Positions 24,448 through 36,069 of a stretch of 64,000 nucleotides of DNA are shown here, in pieces. The notes under the pieces were generated by a model. That model did not search any database. It saw nothing but the letters and a program-made list of their open reading frames with translations, and was not told the DNA's origin. Numbering within the stretch: the first letter of the stretch is position 1; each line of letters opens with the position of its first letter. The stretch covers positions 1 through 64,000 of the forward strand of contig QPMI01000605.1 in the NCBI GenBank assembly GCA_004431415.1, written 5' to 3'. Made by a program: the position numbers and the translations under genes. The DNA comes from Cyanophora paradoxa CCMP329. Its lineage: Eukaryota; Plantae; Glaucophyta.

Positions 24448-25377
24448 TTACATGTTAGAAAGGAATCTTTTAATGCAGCCCTCAATATCAGTTTCGGTGT
24501 ATGGGATTCTCAGCAGTTTAATGTTGTTAGCTTCACAGTATCGATTTTTAATTCCATCACGAACTTGGGTATCTTCAAATGCCTTCTGACCTCCAAACTG
24601 TTCCACAGGCTTGAAATGTTGAATGCCATCATATTCGATAGCGATTTTGAGAGATGGAATATAAATATCAAATGGGAGAACTCTTTTATGCTTGCAATCA
24701 GGAAATCTGTGGGATATTGAGAAGTCCAAACCAATTTCTTTAAGGGCTGCTTGCACTTTCGTCTCACCAATCGATGATCTACATGACAAACAGCCATAAC
24801 CATTGAGAAAATCACTTGGCGTTTTTTCGAATTCCATCTCGCACCTTTTGCATATTAACTTGACCTTGGTTTTTGAATTGAAATACTCAACCTTTGAGAA
24901 ATCATAGATATCACCATAAAGTTTAATTGCTCTTTCTGTAAACTTTTCAATCCCCATTTGCAACTTGTTTTTAATGCGATCCATTTTACATTTTGCATGT
25001 CCATCTCCTTGCATGTGTTTGTGTGGTTTTTGAGTGAAATACTCTTGACATTTCTTGCAGAAAATTGTTATTGGGTCTTCTCCCTTAATGTAAACAGATT
25101 CTGAATATTCATAAAGATCTCCATGCTTTTCAACCGCTCTTTTAACGAACTGTTCAGTTGTTAGTCTATTCGACATTCCCTTTTTAATATTCCCACAAGC
25201 TGGGCAACCAGTCCCAGCAATGTGACTATATGCAGCTTGCAAAAAAATATTGTTGCAAGTCCTGCAAATAATTGCGACTTTCTTTGTGATGCCCCCAAAG
25301 TCGACATTTGAGTAATCAAACTTATCACCATGAACTTGGATGGCTTTTGCAAGAAATGACTCATGAGAATAAGACAT
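24448..25377 (-). CDS. Homing-type endonuclease: repeated CxxC zinc/DUF723-like modules plus a PD-(D/E)xK (Vsr/DUF559-like) nuclease
   Basis: Three (V/K)HGD.(F/Y)DYS...C..C repeats; C-terminal LPFDIYIPSLKIAIEYDGIQHF...NNIKLLRIPY. Confidence 0.8.
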   Translation of the reverse strand: MSYSHESFLAKAIQVHGDKFDYSNVDFGGITKKVAIICRTCNNIFLQAAYSHIAGTGCPACGNIKKGMSNRLTTEQFVKRAVEKHGDLYEYSESVYIKGEDPITIFCKKCQEYFTQKPHKHMQGDGHAKCKMDRIKNKLQMGIEKFTERAIKLYGDIYDFSKVEYFNSKTKVKLICKRCEMEFEKTPSDFLNGYGCLSCRSSIGETKVQAALKEIGLDFSISHRFPDCKHKRVLPFDIYIPSLKIAIEYDGIQHFKPVEQFGGQKAFEDTQVRDGIKNRYCEANNIKLLRIPYTETDIEGCIKRFLSNM

Positions 25378-25450
25378 TTTACTTTATAAAGGTTTCCAAA
25401 AATAAATAATCATTTTTTCTTTAAATGCCTTACGAGAAATGGTAAGATTA

Positions 25451-26818
25451 CTATAAATTTATACGACGTAATCCATCGCGATCCAAAATTATATAGCTAT
25501 GCATTAAAGCGCGAACTTGAACATTGATTGTCTTATCTGTGGGCATGTAGAGTGTGAGGAATGAAGATGAGGAATTTGTCAGGTCGACAAAGCCACTTTG
25601 AGCGATATTTCGAATCGCATTTTCTCCATTAAGGCAGAATGGGAGTCCTGAAAGGACATAGCGATCAGCAACCTTATCCATGTTAGAGCATTTGAAGGCA
25701 TCAGCAATTAGCTCAGCTCCTTTGAGTAGAGAAATTGGCTCAGTGGCAAAAAGTCGCTGACCATTTATTTCAGTTGTGAATGTGATGTCTTTGGAGTTGG
25801 CATAGGTCTTAAGAACACTGTGGGAGCCATTTGATTTGTCAACAGTCTCATAATCACGAACTGAAACAAGCAGAGCATAGACAAGACCTGAGATTTGAGA
25901 GAGGTTAATTCGATTGGGCTGGGCATTGCCCTTGGCAGGGAAAGCAATGGCATCTACAAATCCAATATCAAGGGAGGGAATAGCCATGCCAGTAGTCTTT
26001 ACTTTTTCAATTACAGTAGCGAAAAGCTCATCAGAAACATTAATAGCATGCATGTAAAGGCGAGGAGAAGTAATTGAAATAGCAGGGGTTGTTGCACCAA
26101 GACTGAAAGTGGTGATGTTTTGACCAACATGGGCAAGTGTAGCATTAGCAGTATCACCAAGACCATCATCTTCTGTCTTATCAGTAGCTGTCCCACCAAC
26201 AACAGGGAGAGAGCGACCACCATAGGAAGTTTCAACATAACCCTTTCCAGCATCCTTAAACCAAACAGTAACAACCATTTCACCAGATAAAGCACCAAGG
26301 GGAAGATAGTGATTTAGCCAAGGCACTGGGATCTCAACGAAAAATGAGCCACCAAGTCGGTTGGTTCCATGAGCAGGGATACCATGAACCATGCCCATTG
26401 AGCGTTTCTTTTTAGCTAGTTGATCCTCCGAATAATAGACCAGGGGGAAATGAGCAAGGAAATCAGAAGGGATGTGGTAGGTGTAAGATCCATAGGTAAT
26501 TTCAAGTCGCTGAACTAAAGCACCAACTGGGCGAGTGTATCCATTGCGAACTAGATCTTCACCAGCAAAAGTGATTTCTGGTAGGTCGAAAGCAAGTTCG
26601 AGTTTTCCACAGAAATTGTAGCGAGGTAGCTTGAAGGAAATGCGATTTCCTACATTATTCTCAAAAGTATTGCTGGGATTCACAACAACTAGAACTGGCT
26701 TAGACTTGGATTCGAGACCAAGCATAAGGGAGTTATCCAGGAAAAAGGCTTTCGCCTCTTCTGGGGTTGTTAGGGCTTCTTTCAGCGAAAGTCTTTGAAG
26801 AGTGGAAGTGATATCCAT
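25451..26818 (-). CDS. Major capsid protein (double jelly-roll)
   Basis: ~455 aa, beta-rich; GNRISFKLPR, IPVPW..HYLPLGAL and GFVDL motifs; homologous by eye to 46999-48225; lies beside a penton and the ATPase. Confidence 0.8.
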   Translation of the reverse strand: MDITSTLQRLSLKEALTTPEEAKAFFLDNSLMLGLESKSKPVLVVVNPSNTFENNVGNRISFKLPRYNFCGKLELAFDLPEITFAGEDLVRNGYTRPVGALVQRLEITYGSYTYHIPSDFLAHFPLVYYSEDQLAKKKRSMGMVHGIPAHGTNRLGGSFFVEIPVPWLNHYLPLGALSGEMVVTVWFKDAGKGYVETSYGGRSLPVVGGTATDKTEDDGLGDTANATLAHVGQNITTFSLGATTPAISITSPRLYMHAINVSDELFATVIEKVKTTGMAIPSLDIGFVDAIAFPAKGNAQPNRINLSQISGLVYALLVSVRDYETVDKSNGSHSVLKTYANSKDITFTTEINGQRLFATEPISLLKGAELIADAFKCSNMDKVADRYVLSGLPFCLNGENAIRNIAQSGFVDLTNSSSSFLTLYMPTDKTINVQVRALMHSYIILDRDGLRRINL

Positions 26819-26871
26819 TATATTCTCTTTTATTATACTGCAACATAAAAAATCTACCAATGATCCTTAAT

Positions 26872-27882
26872 TTATGCGAAGTTTGTAATAACTGGATAGG
26901 AAGGGTGAAGCTGTGACATTCGCATCTTAAAGTATTCATAAACTGGGTCCCCAGCTGGCTCATCACCATAGCGAATTTCAAAGGTCAGATGAACAGGTTG
27001 ACCCTCAAAATCAATTGGTTCATTAATAGCATTTACAATATCAACCGAGAAAGTGGATAATCCAACTTTCTTATTATAGTATTTGTAAAGTGGATGAGCC
27101 TCTGTTGAATTGTAAACTACATGCTCACCATAGTCTTTGTCAGGGACCACTATTTTATGGAAGTAACCAGTCAGAAGACCATCCCCACATTGCACCAGAT
27201 CACCCAGCTCCTTTACTCTCACAAACAAAACACTGTCCCTGGTCTTCTCAGGCTCAAAAGAAGATAGAATACCGTTCACTCGAGTCCCAGTAAAGATACC
27301 ATCAGTGAGAGCATCATAAACTTGTGATTGGATTGGGGAGTTACCATATCTTCCAGGATCAAGACCCAGCAGTCTAGCTGAACTCAACAGCTTTTGGATT
27401 GTTTGTTGGCTTGGGTTCACAGCTACTGAGAAAGCCAAGTAAAACGGTACTGCTGAGTGGAATATAATTCGTTTCAGTGATTCATCCCATTTGCAGCGAA
27501 TGGATGGTTGGGGATTTCTGCCTTCGAATTTAGAGTTAATTACATTCACCAGTTGTTGGTGGCTTTGGATGGGGGTGTTTCGACTTATAATGAATTGTTT
27601 CCATTGTTCATAGTCAGCAGCTGGGCGAACTGTTGGAATTCCTGAGCTTCCAGCTCCAGGAGTTTGTTCAGAATAATAAATGCTAAATGCATTGTCAACT
27701 GTCACATCTCCAACTTTGGTTTCACCACTCACCATAGGGATGCTGTTATAAAATTCGGCTGATACCAGTCTCACAGCCCTCACATTCTCATAACTACTGG
27801 GGAGTCTTGCCACAAAGCTTGATGTGGGACCATCACCAGAGATTGTATTAAATGAGCTAACCTCGATGTAATCCACAGGCAT
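26872..27882 (-). CDS. Minor capsid protein (penton) 1
   Basis: LPSSYENVRAVRLVSAEFYNS N-terminus and FSVDIVNAINEPIDFEGQPVHLTFEI C-terminus typical of PLV pentons. Confidence 0.8.
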   Translation of the reverse strand: MPVDYIEVSSFNTISGDGPTSSFVARLPSSYENVRAVRLVSAEFYNSIPMVSGETKVGDVTVDNAFSIYYSEQTPGAGSSGIPTVRPAADYEQWKQFIISRNTPIQSHQQLVNVINSKFEGRNPQPSIRCKWDESLKRIIFHSAVPFYLAFSVAVNPSQQTIQKLLSSARLLGLDPGRYGNSPIQSQVYDALTDGIFTGTRVNGILSSFEPEKTRDSVLFVRVKELGDLVQCGDGLLTGYFHKIVVPDKDYGEHVVYNSTEAHPLYKYYNKKVGLSTFSVDIVNAINEPIDFEGQPVHLTFEIRYGDEPAGDPVYEYFKMRMSQLHPSYPVITNFA

Positions 27883-27911
27883 TCTTCTTTTATCTATATT
27901 TATATATTAAA

Positions 27912-28841
27912 ATGAATCGACTTGTTAATATTGATAGCAGGGATAGAAGCCAAGGACAAAATGAAAACTCTTACAGGGTCACTCTCACAACTCCAGTAGA
28001 GAGACCAAGGGAATGCAGGGTTCTCTATGCAGAGATTCCAAACAGTATCTATAACAGTGTGGGAACTGATCATCTAACAGTTCAGTTTAATTACCAAGAT
28101 GGTTCATACAATGAAATCATCACACAGAAAGTGTATCCCTTCCCAGTGGCTACATTAACCAGGGTCATTTTGGGGTAACACACCCTTATAATTATGGGCT
28201 GAACTATTCAAGCTTCCAAACCATTGCAGGCAAAACAGTAGCTTTTGAGTTCAAGATATTCTATAACCCAACTACCTATAAAGTGGAGTTTTACAGTAAC
28301 CATGAGTTTCGTTTTATTGCAAGCAACCAGAGAATAGGGAAGCTTTTGGGTGTGAGTTCTACTGAATACACCAATGGGTATTATAGCACTCCTCCTGTTG
28401 GTGGATCACCCTATCGACCTGAGAACCTGTTAAAGTATGATGGCAAACCTATTACACCTGATCACCCAGCATGGGGAACCACCTTTTCGGGACCCAGACT
28501 CTCATCTAAGCCCTTGCAATATTATTTTGACAGCAGGAAGATGTCTGATATGAATGCTGAGCAGTATCTGTACATGCATATTAAAGAGCTGTCCCCTTTG
28601 CCAGCAGACACAATATAATCCCGAAATCGCAACCACATAACCAGGGGCAATCCTTAGACTGCAATTGAGTAAAGATATAGGCGGCTATGTTTACCATAGT
28701 GGTGAGCATGCCGAATTCATTCAGATAAATGACAGAAACCTGGTGATAAGGGAACTCACTGTGGAGTTTAAAGATTACTTTGGTGAACTGATTGATATGA
28801 ATGGAATCGACAATTCTTTTCAGTTGGAGTTTATCGAATAA
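27912..28841 (+). CDS. Minor capsid protein (penton) 2, disrupted in this sequence (breaks near 28135 and 28600-28640)
   Basis: VNIDSRDR...YAEIPNSIYN, YLYMHIKEL and ELTVEFKDYFGELIDMNGIDNSFQLEF* spread over three frames. Confidence 0.72.
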
Positions 28842-30384
28842 AGGCACCTGTAAAGTCCACTCTCATTGTGGGAGCATTCACATACACAAGGGGATAAATG
28901 CGAATATACTTGATTCTGAGAGAAAAACCTATGTAAAAAGCATCCTTGATGCTGAGAGGAAATCCACTCAATAGAGCCACATCACCAGAGTTGTGAGCAT
29001 TGTTAATGTTCTCACAGACATATATTTTGTTTTGCCCATCTGATCGAATAAAAGACCAGTTGATCCCATCAGTGGATGTTGCCACATTGAAAGTCTTAAT
29101 AAAAGCATTGGTGTCCCCTGAACCATAGGCAATAACAGAGGAGAGTTCGAAAGTATATGGGAAAGCAACTTGAAGGTATTCAGTGGGGTTTCCCATATCT
29201 GCTCAGGAGCATAGGCTCCAGCTTCCCAGCCAAATGCTGAAGGTCTAGCCATGAAAGGCTCTTTACCTGTCACAGAGGATGAGGCAGTGAAGGCATCATC
29301 TGCAAGCTGATACCAATTTGCATCCAAAGGAGGTGATGTAGTGAGAGTGGATGATATGTAAGCCTTTGAAGGGTTCTTTAATTCATAGTTTGCTACTAGA
29401 ATGCTGCAAAGCTTATTAATCATATCATTGTTTGCTGCAATGTATGTTTCAGTGAATGCAAGCATGTCTGGGATTTTAGAAGTGTCATCCAGGGAGCTTA
29501 CTATATGATTTGGAAGTGGGACTGATAGCCTATAGTATCTCCCATAATCCTGATCATAGTTGTAGGGTAACAACTCCTCCATCTTATCAAGGGCAGAAAG
29601 CTCACTTGCAGCCATGAGCATGTTAATCAATGGGCTTCCATCTGTTGAGGCAATCCATGAGAGAATTCCCCAGCTGTTCACAGTCTCATAAGCATAACCC
29701 ACATAATCAGACTCTAAATGTGGGTCCACCTCTCCACAAGAGATACTTATTACTATAATATCATCATCATCACTGTAAATCTTCTTTGCATGGCTGTAAC
29801 CACACACACTGGGATTATTGTTTCCCGAAATGGCACCATCAATGAGACAGACATATACTCCCCGATTGAAATCAACAATGCTTACAGGAGAGAAATATGT
29901 AGGAGCAGCAGAAGTAGCCCTGGCAGCAATCTTACAAGGCATAAAGTTGTAATTGTTGTCATTTGTGATAAATATTGGTTTCATATTCTGAGTATCAAAG
30001 GATGTAATCACAATGTCTTTTAGGGAATCCTGTATTAGTGATTCACCAGTAACTGAATTGATTGCAGTCTCCAAGGGTCCCACATCATATTTTGTATTAA
30101 AGGGCATTTTCGATGATATTTCGAGGATTTGCAAAAATCAAGGGCAGTTGAGTTAGGTAAATATTGTGTAAATCGTTTGCTGTCAGTTTAGGTTCACCTG
30201 GTTTATCAGGATGCCTGATATTCAAACCTATTGCAATGATCCCACCAGTGGAAGTTCCACTTACAAGATCCACAAGATCGATTATTCTTCTGCCAGTTCG
30301 ATTTTCGATTTCTTTGAGCAGCCTGGTTATGATAATGCCCCTTGCACCCCCGCCAGAAAGACTTAAACAAACCCTGAGAGGCAT
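28831..30384 (-). CDS. Patatin-like phospholipase fused to a C-terminal discoidin (F5/8 type C) domain; frameshifts near 30105 and 29193
   Basis: GGGARG, GTSTG, ARATSAAPTYF and IDGA patatin motifs; then ASSS...W...EYLQV...STDGINW...KYIRIYP...MRVD discoidin pattern. Confidence 0.82.
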
Positions 30385-30427
30385 CTTTTACTTATCAGGA
30401 ATTTTATAAATCCATATAGTAAAAGCC

Positions 30428-33400
30428 ATGAGCTTCAATTACCCACCAAATCTAGAAACCATTCAAGATGATAATGCAAGCAGCACCAAGCATGTGAACT
30501 TTGATAATATTAAAGTAAAGGGTTCAGTTTCGATTGACCACAGTTCCGATAATTCATCCAAGACTCAATCAAGGGAGCATGCTTTATCTGTGAATCAAAC
30601 CGATCCAGATAAGGAGGAAGTTAGTGTTGCTTTTAGCTTGGGTAATGTGAAAGCAAACCAAGTGGCAGAGATCAAAGCAACAAGAAGGAGACCTAGGAAA
30701 CTCAAAACCAGTGGCACTCACCCAGATATACCTTCTAGGTTTGATAGTGGTCGATTGATTTTCAATGTTCAAGATGAGCAGGGCAAACAGAACACAGGTT
30801 TGCGAATTTACAATGAGGGCAGCACTGCAAAAGCTGAGGTCCCCCAAGTATTGCAAGTAGGTCCCATTGCCAACACAAATCAGGTCTCCTACACAAATGA
30901 TGTCTACCCCAAGGATATTACATATGACTTTGCAAGGAATGAGCCTTTTGGGTTCTTTACTCCAAAAGATGTCCATCAAAAAAGCCATCAATTACAATCA
31001 ACAGTAGCCCCAGTCAACCAGTAGCAATCCATTTACATCCTGATTTAGTCGAAATGGATAGGCACCTTTTGCCTTTGTATAGCAATGTGAAAGACCTTGG
31101 AATTCGAACCAGGCAATGGCGAAATATCCATGGCAGCAATGTGTATGCAAATGGTGAGAAGCTTGTAAGTGAGAAGACCATAAGAGAGATCTTTGAGTAT
31201 TATGGACCTGTCCCAGTTCCCTTCCCTCTTCCATGGGATCCACCGGATTTAACACCGAAAAAGCAACCAGGCAGAGAGTACACAGCAGATGAGACAGTTC
31301 CTTTTGGGCAACACATTGTTAGTTGGGAGCAAGTTCGCAATAAACCTATCTTCGAACCGAAAAAGCAAATAGATGAGCAGTATTTACCTCCTGAAGTCGA
31401 CATATTAGAGCTTGATGAATATCAATTCGTTCCAGATGAGGAAGAGTATTTACCAGATGGTTTTGACCCACAAGAGTATGAATATGATCAATATGACCCA
31501 AATGAGGAGGAAATATTACCAGATGGCTTAGATCCACAAGAGTATGAGTATGAGCAGAACTATGAACCCCATGAGGAGTATTTACCAGATGGTCATGATC
31601 CACCAGCTGTTGACTATGAGCAACCTTATGAACCCCATGAGGAACTATTACCAGATGGATTTCGCCCAGAGATTTGGGAATTCTTCCCTGATTGGGAGCA
31701 GATCAACAATAAACCAGCCAGATATCCACCAGAGGATCACAACCATGACTGGGATGAGATCTTAGGTAAACCAGAGAAATTCCCACCAGAGGATCACAGG
31801 CATGATTGGGGTGATCTGGATGGGATACCAGATAAGTTTGCAGCAAGCAACCATGAACACACCTGGGATGAGATCAATGACCAACCAGAATTCGCAAAAG
31901 TAGAGCCTCTTGCTACTCTGGGAGTTTCTCTTTACCAGACTTGTAATATCCCTGAAAGAATCTTTTTGAATGAACACTATGTACATGTGAATGGGACACT
32001 TGCAAATTCAGCTATGAGAGGACCACTTCATATTAGGACATTACCAGGCTCTTTTGAAACCCCACCACCACCAGGAGCAACCATACCAAATATCTTTGTG
32101 TCAAGCTACATGGAGGCTGACATTCCCACAGATACATTCAGAGTCCCAACAGACCCAGCAACCTACCAAAATTACAACTCTGCTATACAGGTTCATGTAG
32201 CAGATGTAAGCAGCTTAGATGGCTCAAGACCAATGATAGTTTTCAGTCGAGATAAGTATTCCTACATTCCCATAGTGGGAACTGCAAATGATAATTATGG
32301 AAGGGCAGAGCTTGCATGGATTAAAACAGATTATGGTGGGGTTCTGGAAGCCAATCAAAGAATGGCTGCAAAAAACATACACAATGAGAGCATTTCGAGA
32401 GTAGTCACAGAGGATTACCTTCAAGCCCAAAACTACATAGATGAAACAGAGCTGAATGTAATCATTGCAGGTATAGGTATTGGTGTTACAGGCAATTACC
32501 TCCCTCTCACAGGTGGGACTATTGATGGAACAGTAACAGCATGTAACTTCTTTGTCCATACTGAAAGCAATCAAACCTTTCCTGTGGTTCATCCAGGAGG
32601 TGAGTATGAGATACCTGATGATCCAGCTATTATGCCCATTAAGATTGATCTCCCTTCTGATTATGTGGGAAGGGGTGAACTAAAAACTATTTCATTCACA
32701 GGAGATTATAATGATCTCATAAACAAACCGACCGCAGCAAATCTACACCCTGTTGCATTTTCGGGTAGCTTCCTCGATCTTAATAATAGATCACACACCC
32801 ATACAAAGGCAGAAATCACAGATTTCGCACATACTCACACCAGATCCCAAATAACAGATTTTGCACATACCCACAGCCGAGCAGATATTACGAATTTCGC
32901 TCACACTCATGTTAAATCAGAGATAACAGATCTCGGAAATGTTGCATATGTTGGTCACACCCATACAAAGGCAGAGATTACAGATTTTGCCCACAATCAC
33001 ACAAAGGCAGAGATAACAGATTTTGCACACACTCATGATTGGAATACAGATATTTATAACAAACCAGCGATTTTTTCGGGCAACTACAATGATTTGACCA
33101 ATAGACCAACTCTTGATCCATTCACAGCTACCACCATCAGAGCGAATAACACAATGTATGTAGGATCAGGTCAGATAGTAGAACCAGCAGGACCTATGTT
33201 TGAAGAAACATGGTTCTTTCACAATTCGCAAAATTACTTTGATAAGACCTTACTTGTTCGTGGAAATGCCTATGCAAGAAATTTCTACGCTATGAACCCT
33301 TCCAATAATGCTTCTATAAGTAGATGTTTAACTGAAGCAGATCTTTCCAGTCAACTCAATGCATATTTCAATGGGAAACTTCAAGCAGGAACGTATGTTT

Positions 33401-33657
33401 ACACTACTCCTTATCTTTGGGCAAACCCTGACCATAGGTTTAACCTCACTATTAATTTCAACAGCAGCTTTGCTAACCCTCCTATCGTAACAACCGGTAT
33501 ACAACACAATGAGACAGCCTACTACTACCGCATGTATGTTAGGCTTAAACAAGTTTACAGTAGCTATTTCACATGTGAGCTTGAAATAGTTCCATTAAGT
33601 TCTTTTGACAGACCAGGATTTCCAGTTACAATTCATTACACTGCTGTCGCAATTTAA
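30428..33657 (+). CDS. Phage-tail-fibre-like protein (~1075 aa if the frameshift near 30980 is repaired)
   Basis: DLGIRTRQWRNIH motif, acidic EEYLPDG repeats, H.H.W..I..KP repeats, HTHTKAEITDFA repeats, FSGxYNDL.N(K/R)P, and a C-terminal H-lectin/gp53-like INFNSSFANPPIV...IHYTAVA. Confidence 0.75.
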
Positions 33658-33676
33658 CTATTTCGTTATTACAAAG

Positions 33677-34699
33677 ATGACCTCTCTATTAGAAATCCCA
33701 AACTATGAACTTGCAGCCAAATCACTCCATAGCACCTCACATGAAGTAGTTGACTCTACACCCGGTTTTATTTGCACTGAAACCACAAGCAATACATCTT
33801 TTACAGAAGGGAATATACTGAGAGTGAAAGAAATAAGATGTGATCGCAATAATGGTAAGATAAGAACCACAGGTATTATTATCTCGAACAAAAATCAAGT
33901 TCAAGCGGGTCAAATAGTCCCCGATTCAGCAATATATGATAATGTGGGTGGATTCACCACAGCAAAGATAGTTACTTTTGATAACACAAGTAATACTTCT
34001 GCTCTTGTAGTTAAAAGTGGAGGAGCATACATTGGTGATGGAGCAAATGTAGCAGGAACTCTGACAGCAAATCAATTGAATGTGAGTGGGACAAGTTCAT
34101 TTGCAGGATTGATGACCTTTAATGGTGGTCTTTCAGGAAGTATTCAGTATGGAACTATCACAGCTACTACAAGAATTAATGCACCTGAGATAGATAATGG
34201 TAAAGATTCGAATGTAAATTATAGAAGAAATGGAACTACAATGTTTACTCTCGAAAAGACAGCGGAAAATATTGAAACATTCAAAATATCGGGCTTTTTA
34301 AAACGGAGTGGTTGCCCACGATTTATGGCAACAAAAGCAACAACAGCCGTTTCATCTACCTTTACCGCCTCAGGTTACATTGTTTCATTTCCAACAGTGT
34401 TAGTTAACCAAGGAAATAATTTTGATTCTGCAACAGGAACATTTGTAGCTCCTATTGAAGGATGCTATCGATTCTTCTTCACAGGAATGCAGTCATCATC
34501 TTCATCCGTTTTGATATTATATCGAAATGGTTCAAGCACATTCCTGTCGACAATCAGTTCGGCAACTGGAACTCACTCCTTTGCATTAGATTGTTTTTTA
34601 AATCTTGCACAGAATGATTCAATCCGCATATTTAGTAACACACAAATAACATTAAACACAAGGTTCTTATTTGGAGGAATGCTGATTAGTTCAATATAA
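33677..34699 (+). CDS. Spike/fibre paralogue 1 with C1q/TNF-like head
   Basis: FPTVLVNQGNNFDSATGTFVAPIEGCYRF...LNLAQNDSI...FGGMLI; shared N-terminal domain. Confidence 0.78.
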   Translation: MTSLLEIPNYELAAKSLHSTSHEVVDSTPGFICTETTSNTSFTEGNILRVKEIRCDRNNGKIRTTGIIISNKNQVQAGQIVPDSAIYDNVGGFTTAKIVTFDNTSNTSALVVKSGGAYIGDGANVAGTLTANQLNVSGTSSFAGLMTFNGGLSGSIQYGTITATTRINAPEIDNGKDSNVNYRRNGTTMFTLEKTAENIETFKISGFLKRSGCPRFMATKATTAVSSTFTASGYIVSFPTVLVNQGNNFDSATGTFVAPIEGCYRFFFTGMQSSSSSVLILYRNGSSTFLSTISSATGTHSFALDCFLNLAQNDSIRIFSNTQITLNTRFLFGGMLISSI

Positions 34700-34721
34700 T
34701 ATTCGAACTGTATTGTAAAGA

Positions 34722-35747
34722 ATGACTACTCAAATAGCTGTTCCTGTTTTCTGTTATGCTGCACCAAAAATTCATCAACTTAATCACACAGTAACAGATG
34801 CAACTCCTGGTTTCATATGCACAGAAACAACAGGAGCAGATTCATTTTCGCAGAATTCAGTTTTAAGATGCAAGGAAATTCGATGTGATCGCAATAATGG
34901 GAAAGTAAGAACCACAGGTTTAATAGTTTCAAACAAGAACCAAGTTCAATCTGGATCGATTGTATCAGATTCAGCAATTTATGATGATGTGGGAGGGTTC
35001 ACCACACCCAAGATTGTCAATTTTGACAACACTGTTAATAATTCGGCTCTTGTAGTAAATAGTGGAGGCGCTTATATTGGAGATGGGGCAAGGGTTGATG
35101 GAACTCTAACGGCGAACCAGATAAATATAGCTGGAACAAGCACATTTACAGGACCTGTTGCAGCAAATGGTGGAATTCATGCCCCAAGTTACTCACACCA
35201 AATACTGGAAGCATCTACAAAAGTAGTTACACCAGAAGTAGACACTGGGGCAGATGTAAACCTTCTCTTGAAACGGAATAGCACTAATATAGCAACTCTT
35301 GAACCAAACAGTTTCACAATTAACCAAGGATACTATCTAAAACAAAATTCTCAACCACGATTTTGCGCTCAATTAGGATATAATCATACAGCAACAAGCG
35401 CCTCCGATTTGATAAACTGGGGAATAATCCATGTGAACCATCCTACAATACATTTTAATGTTGCTAATGGAAGGTTCACGGCTCCTGTATCAGGACATTA
35501 CCGATTTTCTGCAACTGCAATTTCTACTTCAACAAATGCAATTGAATTGACTCTTAAAATAAATAATGCCGATCCAAGTGGTGTTGCAATTAACACAATT
35601 AACTCAACAACTGTAACAAACAAAACCATTACCCTTAGTTGCATTCTGTATCTGGCTGTCAATGAATTTGCAACGCTTGTGACAAATGCAAATGGAGGTT
35701 ATAGTTTGAGAACAACATTCTCAGGTGAGCTTATCAGCATAGTTTAA
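34722..35747 (+). CDS. Spike/fibre paralogue 2 with C1q/TNF-like head
   Basis: FNVANGRFTAPVSGHYRFS...LYLAVNE...FSGELI; N-terminal ~140 aa closely similar to paralogue 1. Confidence 0.78.
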   Translation: MTTQIAVPVFCYAAPKIHQLNHTVTDATPGFICTETTGADSFSQNSVLRCKEIRCDRNNGKVRTTGLIVSNKNQVQSGSIVSDSAIYDDVGGFTTPKIVNFDNTVNNSALVVNSGGAYIGDGARVDGTLTANQINIAGTSTFTGPVAANGGIHAPSYSHQILEASTKVVTPEVDTGADVNLLLKRNSTNIATLEPNSFTINQGYYLKQNSQPRFCAQLGYNHTATSASDLINWGIIHVNHPTIHFNVANGRFTAPVSGHYRFSATAISTSTNAIELTLKINNADPSGVAINTINSTTVTNKTITLSCILYLAVNEFATLVTNANGGYSLRTTFSGELISIV

Positions 35748-35768
35748 TTTTCTCTTTATAAAGTAAGG

Positions 35769-36034
35769 ATGTCAAATATCTACCAAGTGGTTCTCTCAGA
35801 TACTGAAAAATTGGGAATGGAATATTGCGCTGCTTCTGTTCAGGATTGGATTGATAATGCTGCCCACAACAGGGCGAGAATTGCAATTGATGAGATTGTT
35901 CAGAAAGAGATACAGTCTTGCATCTCAGCTGGTATCCAAATACCAACCTCAAAGGAGGCTATTGTTTTACAGGCATTCCAAAGGGGACTGTGAAAAAAGC
36001 GATCGAGTATAATAATGTCACAGAAGAACAATGA
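35769..36034 (+). CDS. Small phage-like protein adjacent to C1q fibre genes (frameshift near 35990)
   Basis: LSDTEKLGMEYCAASVQDWIDNAAHNRARIAIDEIV resembles small proteins recalled beside C1q fibres in aquatic tailed phages (not verified by search). Confidence 0.5.
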
Positions 36035-36069
36035 ACATTATTTTTCTTTCCTTCTTAGTAAAAGAAGCA

